A DNA stretch of 64,000 nucleotides from the NCBI GenBank assembly GCA_963814585.1, contig CAWFDF010000004.1, positions 448,001-512,000 of the forward strand, in the 5' to 3' direction. Position numbers and translations under genes: made by a program. The notes below the pieces were generated by a model. That model made no database searches and was not told the DNA's origin. It worked only from the letters and a program-made list of their open reading frames with translations. This document shows positions 11,437 through 20,911 of the stretch, in pieces (position 1 is the stretch's first letter; every line of letters begins with the position of its first letter). This DNA comes from an uncultured delta proteobacterium (GTDB lineage: Bacteria; Myxococcota; Myxococcia; Myxococcales; Anaeromyxobacteraceae).

Positions 11437-11495
11437 CGGGCCCGGGCCGGCGCGGCGGAGACACGCCAGACCGGCCTGGTGTATTCCTCCCCCCC

Positions 11496-11861
11496 ATGTC
11501 CACCAAGCCCTCACGTACCCTCGAGACCTTCCCCAACCCGAAGCCGGGTCGCCCCTACCAGATCGCCATGGAGTGCCCGGAGTTCACCTGCGTCTGCCCC
11601 AAGACCGGCCAGCCCGACTTCGGCACCATCCGGCTCCGCTACGTCCCCAACCGGACCTGCGTCGAGCTGAAGAGCCTCAAGCTCTACCTCTGGTCCTTCC
11701 GCGACGAGGGCACCTTCCACGAGGCGGTCACCAACCGCATCTGCGACGACCTGGTGAAGGCCATCGCCCCGCGCTGGATCGAGGTGGTGGGGGACTTCGC
11801 CGTCCGCGGCGGCATCCACACCGTGGTCACCGCCCGCCAGGGCAGGCGGCCCGTCGAGTAG
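11496..11861 (+). CDS. queF: preQ0 reductase (type I QueF)
   Basis: [41 protein letters not shown]. Confidence 0.96.
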   Translation: MSTKPSRTLETFPNPKPGRPYQIAMECPEFTCVCPKTGQPDFGTIRLRYVPNRTCVELKSLKLYLWSFRDEGTFHEAVTNRICDDLVKAIAPRWIEVVGDFAVRGGIHTVVTARQGRRPVE

Positions 11862-11895
11862 GGCCCGGCCAGGGACAGGTCTAGGATCCACGCCC

Positions 11896-13800
11896 GTGTC
11901 GCAGCTCGCCCCGCCCCCCGACTTCGATCCGGCCTCGCTGGTCGGTACGACCCTCGACGGCCAGTACCGGATCGACAGCCACCTCGCCTCCGGCGGGATG
12001 GGGGCGGTCTTCCGCGCCCACCACCTCTCGCTGCGCAAGGACGTGGCGCTCAAGGTGCTGCGGCCGGAGCTGACCACCTCGGTCGAGCTCCAGGAGCGCT
12101 TCCGGCGCGAGTCGGAGATCGCCGCTTCCCTGGAGCACCGCCACATCGTGCGAGTCACCGACTTCCGGCGCTCGCCCGAGGGGCTGCTCTACCTCGCCAT
12201 GGAGCTGCTCGACGGCGAGAGCCTCTTCGACCGGTTGCGCCGCGAGGGGTTCCTGCCGCCCGACGAGGCGGTCCAGATCCTCTGGCAGCTCTGCGACGGC
12301 CTGGAGGCCGCCCACGGCAAGGGCGTGGTCCACCGCGACCTCAAGCCGGAGAACGTCTTCCTGGCGCGCGGGCCCGGGGGCGAGGTGGTGAAGATCCTCG
12401 ACTTCGGCATCGCCAAGATGGCCGAGCCCGGCGAGGGCGCCGCCACGCAGACCGGCATGGTGGTGGGCACGCCGGAGTACCTCTCCCCGGAGCAGGCCAC
12501 CGGCTCGGCCGTCGACGCCCGCGCCGACCTCTACACGGTGGGGCTGATCGGCTGGCGGATGCTGGCCGGCCGCCATCCGTTCAAGGCCGCCGACGCGCGC
12601 GGCCTGCTGATGATGCAGGCGACCCGTCCGGTCCCGCCCCTGGCCGAGGTCCGCCCCGACTTCGCCGCCTACCCGCTGCTGGTGGCCGCCATCGCCCGGG
12701 CCTGCGAGAAGGACCCGGCGGCGCGCTACCAGTCCGCCGCGGAGTTCAAGGCCGACCTCGGCGCCGTGCTCGATCACGGCCTCGGCGTCCTCCCCATCGA
12801 CACCCCTCCCCCGGCGGTCAGCTACGCCTCGCTGTCGCCGGTCCATCCGTCGGTGCCGCCGGTGCCGGCGGGGGCGCTCACGCCCGGCTCCACCGTCCTG
12901 CTGGGCGCGCCGTATCCCCCGGAGGCCGGACCGGCCCCCAGGGCCGTCGACTCGTTGACCCGCCGCCTCGAGGTGCGCCTGCGCCGCCATCCTCGCGTCG
13001 CCGTCGGGCTCGGACTGCTGCTCCTGACGCTGGCCGGCGGCGGCGGACTGCTGGCGGTGAAGGCCCACCGGGACACGCTGGCCCGCCAGGAGGAGGAGCG
13101 GGTGCGGGTCCTGGCCCAGTCCGAGCGCGAGACGAGGCGGCAGGCGGCGGCCGCCGCCGAGCAGCGGGACGCCGAGCTGCGGCGGGTGATCGACGAGGCC
13201 GAGCGGGAGCTCCAGGCCGGCCACCCGGAGCGGGCCCGGGCGCTGCTGGTCCCGCTGCTCCAGGCCCGCGCCAACGAGCCGCTCCTCCACCAGCAGCTCG
13301 GACATGCCTGGCACGACGAGGGCGACCACGTCCACGCCTTCGACGAGTGGACGACGGCGCTGGCGCTGGCGCCGCTCGACCGGCCCACGCTCGACCACCT
13401 GGTGGAGGACCTCGGCCGGAGCAAGGCGGTGGCCGACCGCGCCGCCCACCTGCTGGTCCGGGCCGGCCCCGCCGCCGCCCCGGCGCTGGCCGCCGTCCCA
13501 CCACGCTCCTCCCCCTGGGTGAAGCTGCGGGCGCTGGGCGTGGCCCGGCAGATCGGCCCGGAGGCCGCCATCGACGTGGGGGCCGGCTACCTGGCGCTGC
13601 TCGGCGACTCCGACTGCGAGGTGCGCCGGGCCGCGTCGCGGGCCCTGGGCGAGCTGCGCGAGCGCCGGGCGCTGGGCCGCCTCCGCCAGCTGGGCGAGGC
13701 CCGCGACACCCGGCGGCTGGGCAGCATCATCATCGGCTCCAAGCCGTCCTGCGGCGCGCCCGAGGCCGCCGAGGCCGCCCGACGGATCGAAGCGCGCTGA
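11896..13800 (+). CDS. Membrane Ser/Thr protein kinase with C-terminal TPR/HEAT-like region
   Basis: SGGMGAV, VALKVL, HRDLKPEN, DFG, GTPEYLSPEQ; a TM helix follows; VRRAASRALGEL is HEAT-like. Confidence 0.9.
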   Translation: MSQLAPPPDFDPASLVGTTLDGQYRIDSHLASGGMGAVFRAHHLSLRKDVALKVLRPELTTSVELQERFRRESEIAASLEHRHIVRVTDFRRSPEGLLYLAMELLDGESLFDRLRREGFLPPDEAVQILWQLCDGLEAAHGKGVVHRDLKPENVFLARGPGGEVVKILDFGIAKMAEPGEGAATQTGMVVGTPEYLSPEQATGSAVDARADLYTVGLIGWRMLAGRHPFKAADARGLLMMQATRPVPPLAEVRPDFAAYPLLVAAIARACEKDPAARYQSAAEFKADLGAVLDHGLGVLPIDTPPPAVSYASLSPVHPSVPPVPAGALTPGSTVLLGAPYPPEAGPAPRAVDSLTRRLEVRLRRHPRVAVGLGLLLLTLAGGGGLLAVKAHRDTLARQEEERVRVLAQSERETRRQAAAAAEQRDAELRRVIDEAERELQAGHPERARALLVPLLQARANEPLLHQQLGHAWHDEGDHVHAFDEWTTALALAPLDRPTLDHLVEDLGRSKAVADRAAHLLVRAGPAAAPALAAVPPRSSPWVKLRALGVARQIGPEAAIDVGAGYLALLGDSDCEVRRAASRALGELRERRALGRLRQLGEARDTRRLGSIIIGSKPSCGAPEAAEAARRIEAR

Positions 13801-13836
13801 GCGGCGCTGGGCGCCGCCTCTCCTCCAGGAGCACCC

Positions 13837-15381
13837 ATGGCGAAGCTGGACTCGATCGCGGTGAAGCTGTCCGGCGCGGCGCCGCTCGGCCTCCGGGCGG
13901 CGGTGCTGGCCCTGCCGGTCCACGAGGAGCAGGTGGCCGCCCCGGGTGGCCCGCTTCGCGACCTCGACGTGATGCTGGGGCACCAGCTCGTCCCCGCCAT
14001 CCGGGCCGAGCGCTTCGAGGGGAAGCCCGGCCAGCAGCTGCTCCTGCCGACGCTGGGCAGGCTGCGCGCCGAGCGGGTGCTGCTCCTCGGACTCGGCCCG
14101 CGGGGCAAGACCACCGGCGCCGCGGACGGCTTCGAGCCGTTGCGGATGGCCGCCGGCCAGGCGGCGCGGGCCGTCCACGGCGGCCGGCTGGTGCTGGCGC
14201 TCCCCGAGGGTCCGGCGCGCTCCACGGCGGCCGCGTCGCGCGCGGCGGTGGAGGGCGCGCTGCTCGGCGCCTACCGCTTCGAGGCCTACCGGACGGCGCC
14301 GCGGAAGGCGCCTCCGGGCCTGGCCGAGCTGGTCCTGGCCCTGCCGGCCGGGGCCACCCGCCGGCGCGAGGTGCTGGACGAGGTGGCGCTGGCGCGGCAC
14401 ATCGCCGTCGCCGTCGGCGAGGCGCGGGACCTCGTCAACCTCGGACCGGCCCAGTGCACCCCCCGCCTGCTGGCCGACGCCGCGGCCCGGACGGCGCGGC
14501 GGGCCGGGCTGGCCTGCCAGGTCCGTGGCGGGCGGGAGATCGCGGCGCTGAAGATGGGGCTCTTCCTCGGGGTCACGCGGGGCTCGGCCGAGCCGCCGCG
14601 GCTGGTGACCCTGGCGTGGCGCCCGCGGGGTCCGTCGGCGAGGTCCCGCCCGGTGGTGCTGGTGGGCAAGGCGGTGACCTTCGACTCGGGCGGGCTCTCG
14701 CTCAAGCCGACCGACTCGATGACCACCATGCACACCGACATGGCCGGCAGCGCCGCGGTGATCGCCGCCATGCGGGTGGTCGCCACGCTGCGCCCGCCCT
14801 TCCCGGTCGTCGGCGTCTTCGGCGCCTGCGAGAACATGCCGGGCGGGCGGGCCTTCAAGCCCTCCGACGTGCTGACCGCCTTCGGCGGCCAGACGGTCGA
14901 GATCACCAACACCGACGCCGAGGGACGGCTGGTGCTGGGCGACGTGCTGGCCTGGTCGGCGCGCACCTTCAGGCCCGCGGCGATGATCGACGTGGCCACC
15001 CTCACCGGCGCCTGCATGGTGGCGCTGGGTCCGACCACCGCCGGCGCCATGGGGCCCGACGGCGCGGTGGTCGAGGGCCTGGTGGCGGCGGCGAGGCGGG
15101 CGGGCGAGGACACCTGGCGGCTGCCGCTGGTGGAGCTCCTCAAGGAGCAGCTCAAGAGCGAGCGCGCCGACCTGAAGAACACCGGGGACCGGCTCGGCGG
15201 CGCCATCAGCGCCGCCCACTTCCTGCACCGCTTCGTGGGCGAGACGCCGTGGGCCCACCTCGACATCGCCGGCCCGTCCCACACGGCCAAGGAGCGCGGC
15301 TACCTGGCCGCGGGCGGCACCGGCTTCGCCGTCCGGACGCTGGTGGAGTTCGTCCGGGGCTGGCAGGGAGCGGCGCGGTGA
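13837..15381 (+). CDS. pepA: Leucyl aminopeptidase (M17)
   Basis: [36 protein letters not shown]. Confidence 0.95.
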   Translation: MAKLDSIAVKLSGAAPLGLRAAVLALPVHEEQVAAPGGPLRDLDVMLGHQLVPAIRAERFEGKPGQQLLLPTLGRLRAERVLLLGLGPRGKTTGAADGFEPLRMAAGQAARAVHGGRLVLALPEGPARSTAAASRAAVEGALLGAYRFEAYRTAPRKAPPGLAELVLALPAGATRRREVLDEVALARHIAVAVGEARDLVNLGPAQCTPRLLADAAARTARRAGLACQVRGGREIAALKMGLFLGVTRGSAEPPRLVTLAWRPRGPSARSRPVVLVGKAVTFDSGGLSLKPTDSMTTMHTDMAGSAAVIAAMRVVATLRPPFPVVGVFGACENMPGGRAFKPSDVLTAFGGQTVEITNTDAEGRLVLGDVLAWSARTFRPAAMIDVATLTGACMVALGPTTAGAMGPDGAVVEGLVAAARRAGEDTWRLPLVELLKEQLKSERADLKNTGDRLGGAISAAHFLHRFVGETPWAHLDIAGPSHTAKERGYLAAGGTGFAVRTLVEFVRGWQGAAR

Positions 15382-16484
15382 CGCCCGTGGAGGAGCTGGA
15401 GGCGCTGCTGCGCCCCGCCGGCGGCGGTATCCACCTGATCTCGACCGGGCGCGACGAGCAGGCGGCGCTGGTGCGGCGCCTGGCCGGGGCCCGCGACGAC
15501 GGCGAGGCCGGGACCCGCTGGCGCGCCGGGCTGGAGCGCGCCGCCAACGCCCGCGCCGTCCTGCTCGGCATCCCCTGCGACGTCGGGGCCGGCTACCGCC
15601 GCGGCGCCAACCTCGCCCCCTCGGCCATCCGGGCCCACCTGCTGGAGCAGGATCCCGGCTGGTTCCAGCGGGCCGGCGCCGCCGGGCTGGTCGACCTCGG
15701 CGACGTCTTCACCGTCCCGCAGCTGCTCCACGACGAGATGCTCTCGGAGGCGCAGCTGGCCGCCTCCCGCCGGGCGCTCTACCCCGGCCTGGCCGGGGCC
15801 GACGCCATGCCGGTCTCGCCGCTCTCCATCGCCGAGCGGGCCTTCCGGCTGGTGCTCCAGGCCAACCCGGGGGTCCGGCTGATCACGCTGGGCGGCGACC
15901 ACTCGGCGGCGTGGCCGGCGGTGGCGGCGCTGGCGGCGGTGCGGCCGGGGCTCGGCATGGTCCAGCTCGACGCCCACACCGACCTGCTGCCGGAGCGGCT
16001 CGGGGTCCGGCTCTGCTTCGGCACCTGGTCCTTCCACGCCAACCAGCTGCTGGGGCGGGGCGGACGGCTGGTGCAGGTGGGGCTGCGCGCCAGCCGGCAC
16101 GACCGCGACCACTGGGAGTCGCTGCTGGAGGTGCGGCAGATCTGGGCGGCCGAGGTGCGGCGCGATCCGGCCGCGGCGGTGGAGCGGGTGGTGGCGCTCT
16201 GCCGCGCCGCGGGGGCCGGCTCGGTCTACCTCTCCAACGACGTCGACGGCCTCGATCCGTCGTTCGCTCCCGGCACCGGGACGCCCGAGCCGGACGGCCT
16301 CTCGCTGGAATTCGTGCTGGCCCTGATCGCACGGCTCGGCCGCGAGTTCGAGCTCGCCGGCGGCGACGTGATGGAGGTGGCCCCCGACCTGGCGCCGACG
16401 CCGGAGGGCCGCCGGCGCACCCTCGACACCGCGGTGCGGTGCCTGAGCCACACCGTCGCGGCCGCGCTGGGAACGTCCCGGTAG
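15378..16484 (+). CDS. Arginase/agmatinase-family ureohydrolase
   Basis: GGDHS, DAHTD, SNDVDGLDPSFAPGTGTPEPDG, EVAP. Confidence 0.88.
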   Translation: MTPVEELEALLRPAGGGIHLISTGRDEQAALVRRLAGARDDGEAGTRWRAGLERAANARAVLLGIPCDVGAGYRRGANLAPSAIRAHLLEQDPGWFQRAGAAGLVDLGDVFTVPQLLHDEMLSEAQLAASRRALYPGLAGADAMPVSPLSIAERAFRLVLQANPGVRLITLGGDHSAAWPAVAALAAVRPGLGMVQLDAHTDLLPERLGVRLCFGTWSFHANQLLGRGGRLVQVGLRASRHDRDHWESLLEVRQIWAAEVRRDPAAAVERVVALCRAAGAGSVYLSNDVDGLDPSFAPGTGTPEPDGLSLEFVLALIARLGREFELAGGDVMEVAPDLAPTPEGRRRTLDTAVRCLSHTVAAALGTSR

Positions 16485-16507
16485 GCGTGGCCGCACCGGC
16501 CGCCTGG

Positions 16508-16541
16508 AAACACGAAACCCCGGAGCCGTGAGGCCCCGGGG
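16508..16541 (-). terminator. Probable intrinsic terminator
   Basis: CCCCGG..GCC-GTGA-GGC..CCGGGG hairpin followed by TTTCGTGTTT on the minus strand. Confidence 0.55.
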
Positions 16542-16574
16542 CTGGGTGAGCCGATCTCGGCTGGACTCGGGGCG

Positions 16575-16898
16575 CTAGGCGTGGTCGGCGGCGGACGTCT
16601 TGGCCGGGGCCACCTGGCCGGTCAGCGCGCCGACGGCCACGCCGGCGACGGCGCCGAGGACGGCGAAGAGCGAGGCGATGCCGGTGACGCCGAGCACCAT
16701 GCCGAAGATGATGAGCCCCTTCACCAGGAAGGTGGGCTGGACGGGCGTGCCGACGATGCCGCCGGCCAGCAGCAGGCCCGCGTAGCCGCCGTAGAGGATG
16801 GCGGGGAGCAGGGCGATGGCGAGGAAGAGGGCGAGGCCGATGCCGGCGCCGACCAGGGCGAAGATCTTGTTCTGGGCCTTCGGAGTGTTGACGGTCAT
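16575..16898 (-). CDS. Small Gly/Ala-rich membrane protein (107 aa)
   Basis: MTVNTPKAQNKIFALVGAGIGLALFLAIALLPAILYGGYAG...; GGAGA SD; strongly GC3-biased codons. Confidence 0.8.
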   Translation of the reverse strand: MTVNTPKAQNKIFALVGAGIGLALFLAIALLPAILYGGYAGLLLAGGIVGTPVQPTFLVKGLIIFGMVLGVTGIASLFAVLGAVAGVAVGALTGQVAPAKTSAADHA

Positions 16899-16955
16899 GG
16901 TGTGTCTCCAGTTCGAGTTTGGCGCCGTTGATTCGGCCACCCGGGGATTCCTCTT

Positions 16956-16972
16956 TGCAGCGCCCTTGCCAA
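16956..16972 (-). promoter_or_regulatory. Sigma54 promoter of the small membrane protein gene
   Basis: Minus strand TTGGCAAGGGCGCTGCA: GG-N10-GC. Confidence 0.65.
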
Positions 16973-17078
16973 CCAGCGCCCGTCCTGATTCCGGAGGGTT
17001 GGGCGCCCCGCCGTCGGGGATTCCCGACGCCGGGCCGGGTTGGCCCGACGGGCGGCTCCCTGCTACCCTCCCGGGCCC

Positions 17079-18125
17079 GTGGACGCCTTCAAGCCGCACC
17101 TCGCCGACCTCGCCGACTACCCGTATGCCAAGGTCGACGCGCGCATCAAGCTCGACCAGAACGAGAGCCCCGAGGACCTGCCGCCCGGGCTGAAGGGGCT
17201 GGTGCTGGCGCGCCTGGCCGCGCTCCCCTGGAACCGCTACCCCGAGCTGCACGCCGAGGACGTGCGGTCCGCGCTGGCCCGGCACGAGGACTGGCCCGAG
17301 GCGGGCGTGGTCCTCTCGCCGGGCTCCAACCTCCTCATCCTGGCGCTGGCCGAGGCCGCCCGCCAGGTGCTCGACACCTCGCCGGCCTTTCCCTACTACC
17401 GGGGGGCGGCGGTGGCCGCCGGCACCCCGTACCGCGCCGTCCCGCTCGGCCCCGGCTTCACCCTGCCGAGGGAGGCCCTGCTGGCCGCCCTCGACGGCCC
17501 GCCCGGGGTCCTCTTCCTCCCGGTGCCGCACGCCCCCACCGGCGCCCTGTTCGCGCCCGACGACGTGGCGGCGCTGGCCGACCGGGCCCGGGCCACGGGC
17601 TGGCTGCTGGTGATCGACGAGGCCTACCACGCCTTCGCCGGCACCGACGCCCGGCCGCTGGCGCGCCGGAACCCCAGCGTCGCCGTCCTGCGCACCTTCT
17701 CCAAGGCCTGGTCGCTGGGCGGCGTCCGCACCGGCTACCTGCTGGGCTCGCCGCGGGTGGCCTCGGTGGTGCGGGCGCTGCTGCCCCCCTTCTGCATCCC
17801 GGCCCACACCGGCGTGATCATCCGGACCGTGCTGGAGCAGCCCGGCTACGTGGCCGCGCTGGTGGAGCGGATCCGCGCCGAGCGCACCCGGCTGGCCGCC
17901 GGGCTGGCCGCGGCGAAGCCGGGCTGGAGCGTCTACCCGTCGGCCGCCAACTACCTGCTGGTGCGGACCCCCGACGCCGCCGCCGCCTTCGAGCACCTGC
18001 GCTCGCGCGGCCTGCTGGTGCGGCGCCAGGACCACTACCCCGGGCTGGAGGGGTGCATCCGGATCTCGGTGGGCACCGCCGCCGAGAATGACGAGCTGCT
18101 GGCGGCGGCGCGCGAGGCGCCTTGA
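17079..18125 (+). CDS. hisC: Histidinol-phosphate aminotransferase-family PLP enzyme
   Basis: KLDQNESP, NRYP, IDEAY, LRTFSKAWSLGGVRTGY, SAANY, IRISVGT. Confidence 0.8.
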   Translation: MDAFKPHLADLADYPYAKVDARIKLDQNESPEDLPPGLKGLVLARLAALPWNRYPELHAEDVRSALARHEDWPEAGVVLSPGSNLLILALAEAARQVLDTSPAFPYYRGAAVAAGTPYRAVPLGPGFTLPREALLAALDGPPGVLFLPVPHAPTGALFAPDDVAALADRARATGWLLVIDEAYHAFAGTDARPLARRNPSVAVLRTFSKAWSLGGVRTGYLLGSPRVASVVRALLPPFCIPAHTGVIIRTVLEQPGYVAALVERIRAERTRLAAGLAAAKPGWSVYPSAANYLLVRTPDAAAAFEHLRSRGLLVRRQDHYPGLEGCIRISVGTAAENDELLAAAREAP

Positions 18126-18159
18126 GCGCCCCCCTCGACCGGCCCGGCCGGGGGGCGCC

Positions 18160-18798
18160 ATGACCGCCGCGCCGGCTCCCGGAGGCGCCCCACCGGTCCT
18201 GGGGGCGGTCCCACATACCTGGTTCGAGGACGCGCAGGCGATCTTCACCGCCTCGCTCTTCATCTCGCTCGGCTTCGGGCTGCTGTCGCAGGCCCGCCTG
18301 CTCTCGGGAGGCATCGCCGGGCTGGCGCTCCTGCTGACGCGCCTCACGCCACTCACCTTCGGACAGCTCCTGGTGGCCCTCAACTTGCCCTTCTTCTGGC
18401 TGGCCGTCCGCCAGATGGGCTGGGCCTTCACCGCCAAGACCTTCGCCGCCATCGGCGCGGTCTCGCTCTGCGCCGACCTGCTCCACCTGGTGATGGCCTT
18501 CGACCGGCTCCACCCCGTCTACGCCGCGGTGATGGGCGGCTCCTGCATCGGCATCGGCCTGCTCATCCTCTTCCGCCACCAGGCCAGCCTGGGCGGCCTC
18601 AACGTGCTGGCCATCTGGCTCCAGGAGCGGCGAGGCGTCCGTGCCGGCGTCTTCCAGCTGGCGGTCGACACGCTGGTGCTGGTGGCCTCGATCTTCGTGG
18701 TCCCGCCCGCCACCATCCTGGTCTCGGTGGTCGGCTCGGTGGCGCTCAACCTGGTGCTGGCGGTCAACCACCGCCCGGACCGTTACCTCGGCACCTGA
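18160..18798 (+). CDS. YitT-family membrane protein
   Basis: SGGIAGLALL, LNLPFF, FRHQASLGG, NHRPDRY. Confidence 0.85.
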   Translation: MTAAPAPGGAPPVLGAVPHTWFEDAQAIFTASLFISLGFGLLSQARLLSGGIAGLALLLTRLTPLTFGQLLVALNLPFFWLAVRQMGWAFTAKTFAAIGAVSLCADLLHLVMAFDRLHPVYAAVMGGSCIGIGLLILFRHQASLGGLNVLAIWLQERRGVRAGVFQLAVDTLVLVASIFVVPPATILVSVVGSVALNLVLAVNHRPDRYLGT

Positions 18799-18814
18799 GC
18801 GGCGGCCGCGACGG

Positions 18815-19534
18815 TCAGGGCCTGGGCGGCGGGGCCTCCTTCGCCTCCTCCTTCCCCTTCACCTGGATGATCTGCACCTCGCGCTTCCCGTCGCGATCGG
18901 TGACCTGGACGTCCACCGTGGCCCCGGGGTCCTTCTGGCGCAGCTCCGCCTCGATGGCCTTCTTCAGCTCGTCGGGCGGCAGCTGCTTCTCCAGGCCGGC
19001 CCATTTCCCGGCCAGGTCGCCCACCGTGCCCGGCACCTTCCGCTCCACCGCCGAGACCTTGATGGGCCGCCCGGCCAGGGCCGGCACCGCCTTGCGGACG
19101 GTGGCCTCGACGTCGGCCAGCCCGACCGTGTCGCCGAAGAGCTCGATGGTGGTGGTGACCTGCTTCTCCCCGGTCTTCCGCACCTCCACCCGCACCTGGT
19201 ACTCGCGCCCGCCGGTCTCCAGCGCCTTGACGATGGCCTGCTCCTGGTCGCGCGGCAGCGGGGCCTCGCCGACCAGCTCGATGCGCCTCCCGATCTCGGC
19301 CTTCACCTCGGCCGGCGCCTGGCTGGCGCCGGCCAGCGCCAGCAGGAGCCCACCCACCACCGCCACGCGCCACGTCATCGCCGTCATCATGGACTTCTCC
19401 TCCTGGGACTTCGGGTGAAGCTCCCCGTAGCGGGCGAGCAGGTCCTGCTCCAGCCGATCGCGATGGTCCGGCCCGGGCTTCGCCCCGGATCGGTGCAGCA
19501 GTCGAGTCAGCGCCATCGCCAGCCTCCTCGTCAT
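18815..19534 (-). CDS. Putative anti-sigma factor (short N-domain, one TM helix, extracytoplasmic domain)
   Basis: ATGA overlap with the ECF sigma stop; single hydrophobic helix near residues 55-70. Confidence 0.6.
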   Translation of the reverse strand: MTRRLAMALTRLLHRSGAKPGPDHRDRLEQDLLARYGELHPKSQEEKSMMTAMTWRVAVVGGLLLALAGASQAPAEVKAEIGRRIELVGEAPLPRDQEQAIVKALETGGREYQVRVEVRKTGEKQVTTTIELFGDTVGLADVEATVRKAVPALAGRPIKVSAVERKVPGTVGDLAGKWAGLEKQLPPDELKKAIEAELRQKDPGATVDVQVTDRDGKREVQIIQVKGKEEAKEAPPPRP

Positions 19535-20124
19535 GGGACCACCTCCTCGGTCCGGCCGGTGCCACCGCCCAGCGCACCGCGGAGGGCCCGGAGCAGCCGG
19601 CTCAGCCGCTGCTTCACGGCCGCCTCGCTGACCCCGGTGAGCTCCGCGATCTGGGCGTGACGGAGGCCGTCGCCGAAGCGGAGGTCGAGGAGCTGGCGAG
19701 ACTCCGACGGCAGTGCCGCCACCGCCAGCCGCAGCGCCCCGTGGGCATCGCGCTCCTCGAGCAGCTCGTGCGCGGTCGGCCGGGGATCGACGGCCTCGGG
19801 GAGCCCGGCAGGGTCCTGCCCGTCGACGGCGGCCCGTCCGGAGCGGTGCTGGTCGTCCACGAGGTGGCGCGCCGTGGTCAGCGCATAGCCGAGCAAGCTG
19901 CCCCGGGCCGGATCGAGCCGCGGCAGGGCCTCGAGCAGCCGGTGGAAGGTCTGGGCCACCACGTCCTCGGCATCGGCGCGGGAGCCGGCGCGACGACCGA
20001 CGAAGCGGGCCACCGCCGGGTAGAGATCCCGGTAGAGGGACACGAACGCGGCCTGGTCCCCGCCGGCCGCCCGGCGGGCCAGCCGGGCGTGGAAGCGGTT
20101 GGTGGTCTCCCAGGGGGCCCTCAT
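19531..20124 (-). CDS. ECF sigma factor
   Basis: GDQAAFVSLY, DAEDVVAQTF, region 4 LRFGDGLRHAQIAELTGVSEAAVKQRLSR. Confidence 0.9.
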   Translation of the reverse strand: MRAPWETTNRFHARLARRAAGGDQAAFVSLYRDLYPAVARFVGRRAGSRADAEDVVAQTFHRLLEALPRLDPARGSLLGYALTTARHLVDDQHRSGRAAVDGQDPAGLPEAVDPRPTAHELLEERDAHGALRLAVAALPSESRQLLDLRFGDGLRHAQIAELTGVSEAAVKQRLSRLLRALRGALGGGTGRTEEVVP

Positions 20125-20135
20125 CACCCCTCCTC

Positions 20136-20161
20136 TACGCCGATCCTTGGGATTGGTGACA
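20136..20161 (-). promoter_or_regulatory. Candidate autoregulatory ECF promoter
   Basis: Minus strand TGTCAC-N16-CGTA directly upstream of the sigma gene's SD. Confidence 0.5.
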
Positions 20162-20282
20162 GCCCGGGTCAGCTGGGTCAGCTGGCCAGGAGGCGCCACG
20201 CCGCCAGGGCGGGGGTGCCGCGAGGGGGGCCGGCCACGGGAGGCCGCTTCTTCCAGGGGCGGTGGCAGCGTAGACTCGTGCC

Positions 20283-20888
20283 GTGCGCCGCCTGCTCTCG
20301 CTCCTGGTGGTCGGCCTCGGCCTCGGCCTCGGGCTGGTCATCGCCTGGCGGCTGCTCTCGCCGAGCCCACCGGCCCCGCCCGATCCTCCCGCCGTGGTGG
20401 AGAGGCTGCGCCAGGTGGCCCGGCTGGAGGCGCTGGAGATCCGGCTCTACAAGAAGGTCACCTTCGAGCCGGAGCCCGTCGCGGGCGACTCGATCTGGGC
20501 CGACCTGGCCGGATGGGCCCGCCACGCCCTGGCCCGGCCACGCGGCAAGGCGATCGTCTTCGCCATCGCCCACGTGGGGCTCGACGTCTCCAGGCTCGGC
20601 CCGGGCCAGGTGGAGATCCGGGGCCGCGAGGTGTCGGTGGTGCTTCCGCCGCTGGTCACCCGCGTCGAGCTGCTCCCCGGCGAGACCGAGGTGATCGGCT
20701 CCAACCTCGACTCCGCCGAGACCGCCAGGCTGCTGGAGCTGGCCAAGGTCGCCTTCGAGCGCGAGGTGCAGGCCGACCGGGGGCTCCAGGGCAGGGCCCG
20801 CGCCGCCGCGGAGCAGGCGCTCACCGCCCTGCTCCTGCAGGTGGGCGTGACGCGGGTCGACTTCGTGGAGCAGCTGCCGCGCGGGTAG
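20283..20888 (+). CDS. DUF4230-like membrane-anchored protein
   Basis: N-terminal TM helix, LRQVARLE, HVGLDVSRL, VVLPP, C-terminal ARAAAEQALTALL. Confidence 0.7.
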   Translation: MRRLLSLLVVGLGLGLGLVIAWRLLSPSPPAPPDPPAVVERLRQVARLEALEIRLYKKVTFEPEPVAGDSIWADLAGWARHALARPRGKAIVFAIAHVGLDVSRLGPGQVEIRGREVSVVLPPLVTRVELLPGETEVIGSNLDSAETARLLELAKVAFEREVQADRGLQGRARAAAEQALTALLLQVGVTRVDFVEQLPRG

Positions 20889-20911
20889 CGCGGCCGCAGG
20901 GGGCGTTGGCC

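Noticed and set aside
11258..11495. preQ1 riboswitch upstream of queF
   Set aside because: No short stem with an A-rich 3' tail as in preQ1-I; the structure is a long terminal inverted repeat with a relative at 57620, and queF seems to have a promoter right at its start.
11496..11861. 7-deazaguanine DNA-modification (dpd) island
   Set aside because: No dpdA/tgt-like or other dpd genes nearby; queF and gluQ fit ordinary tRNA queuosine metabolism.
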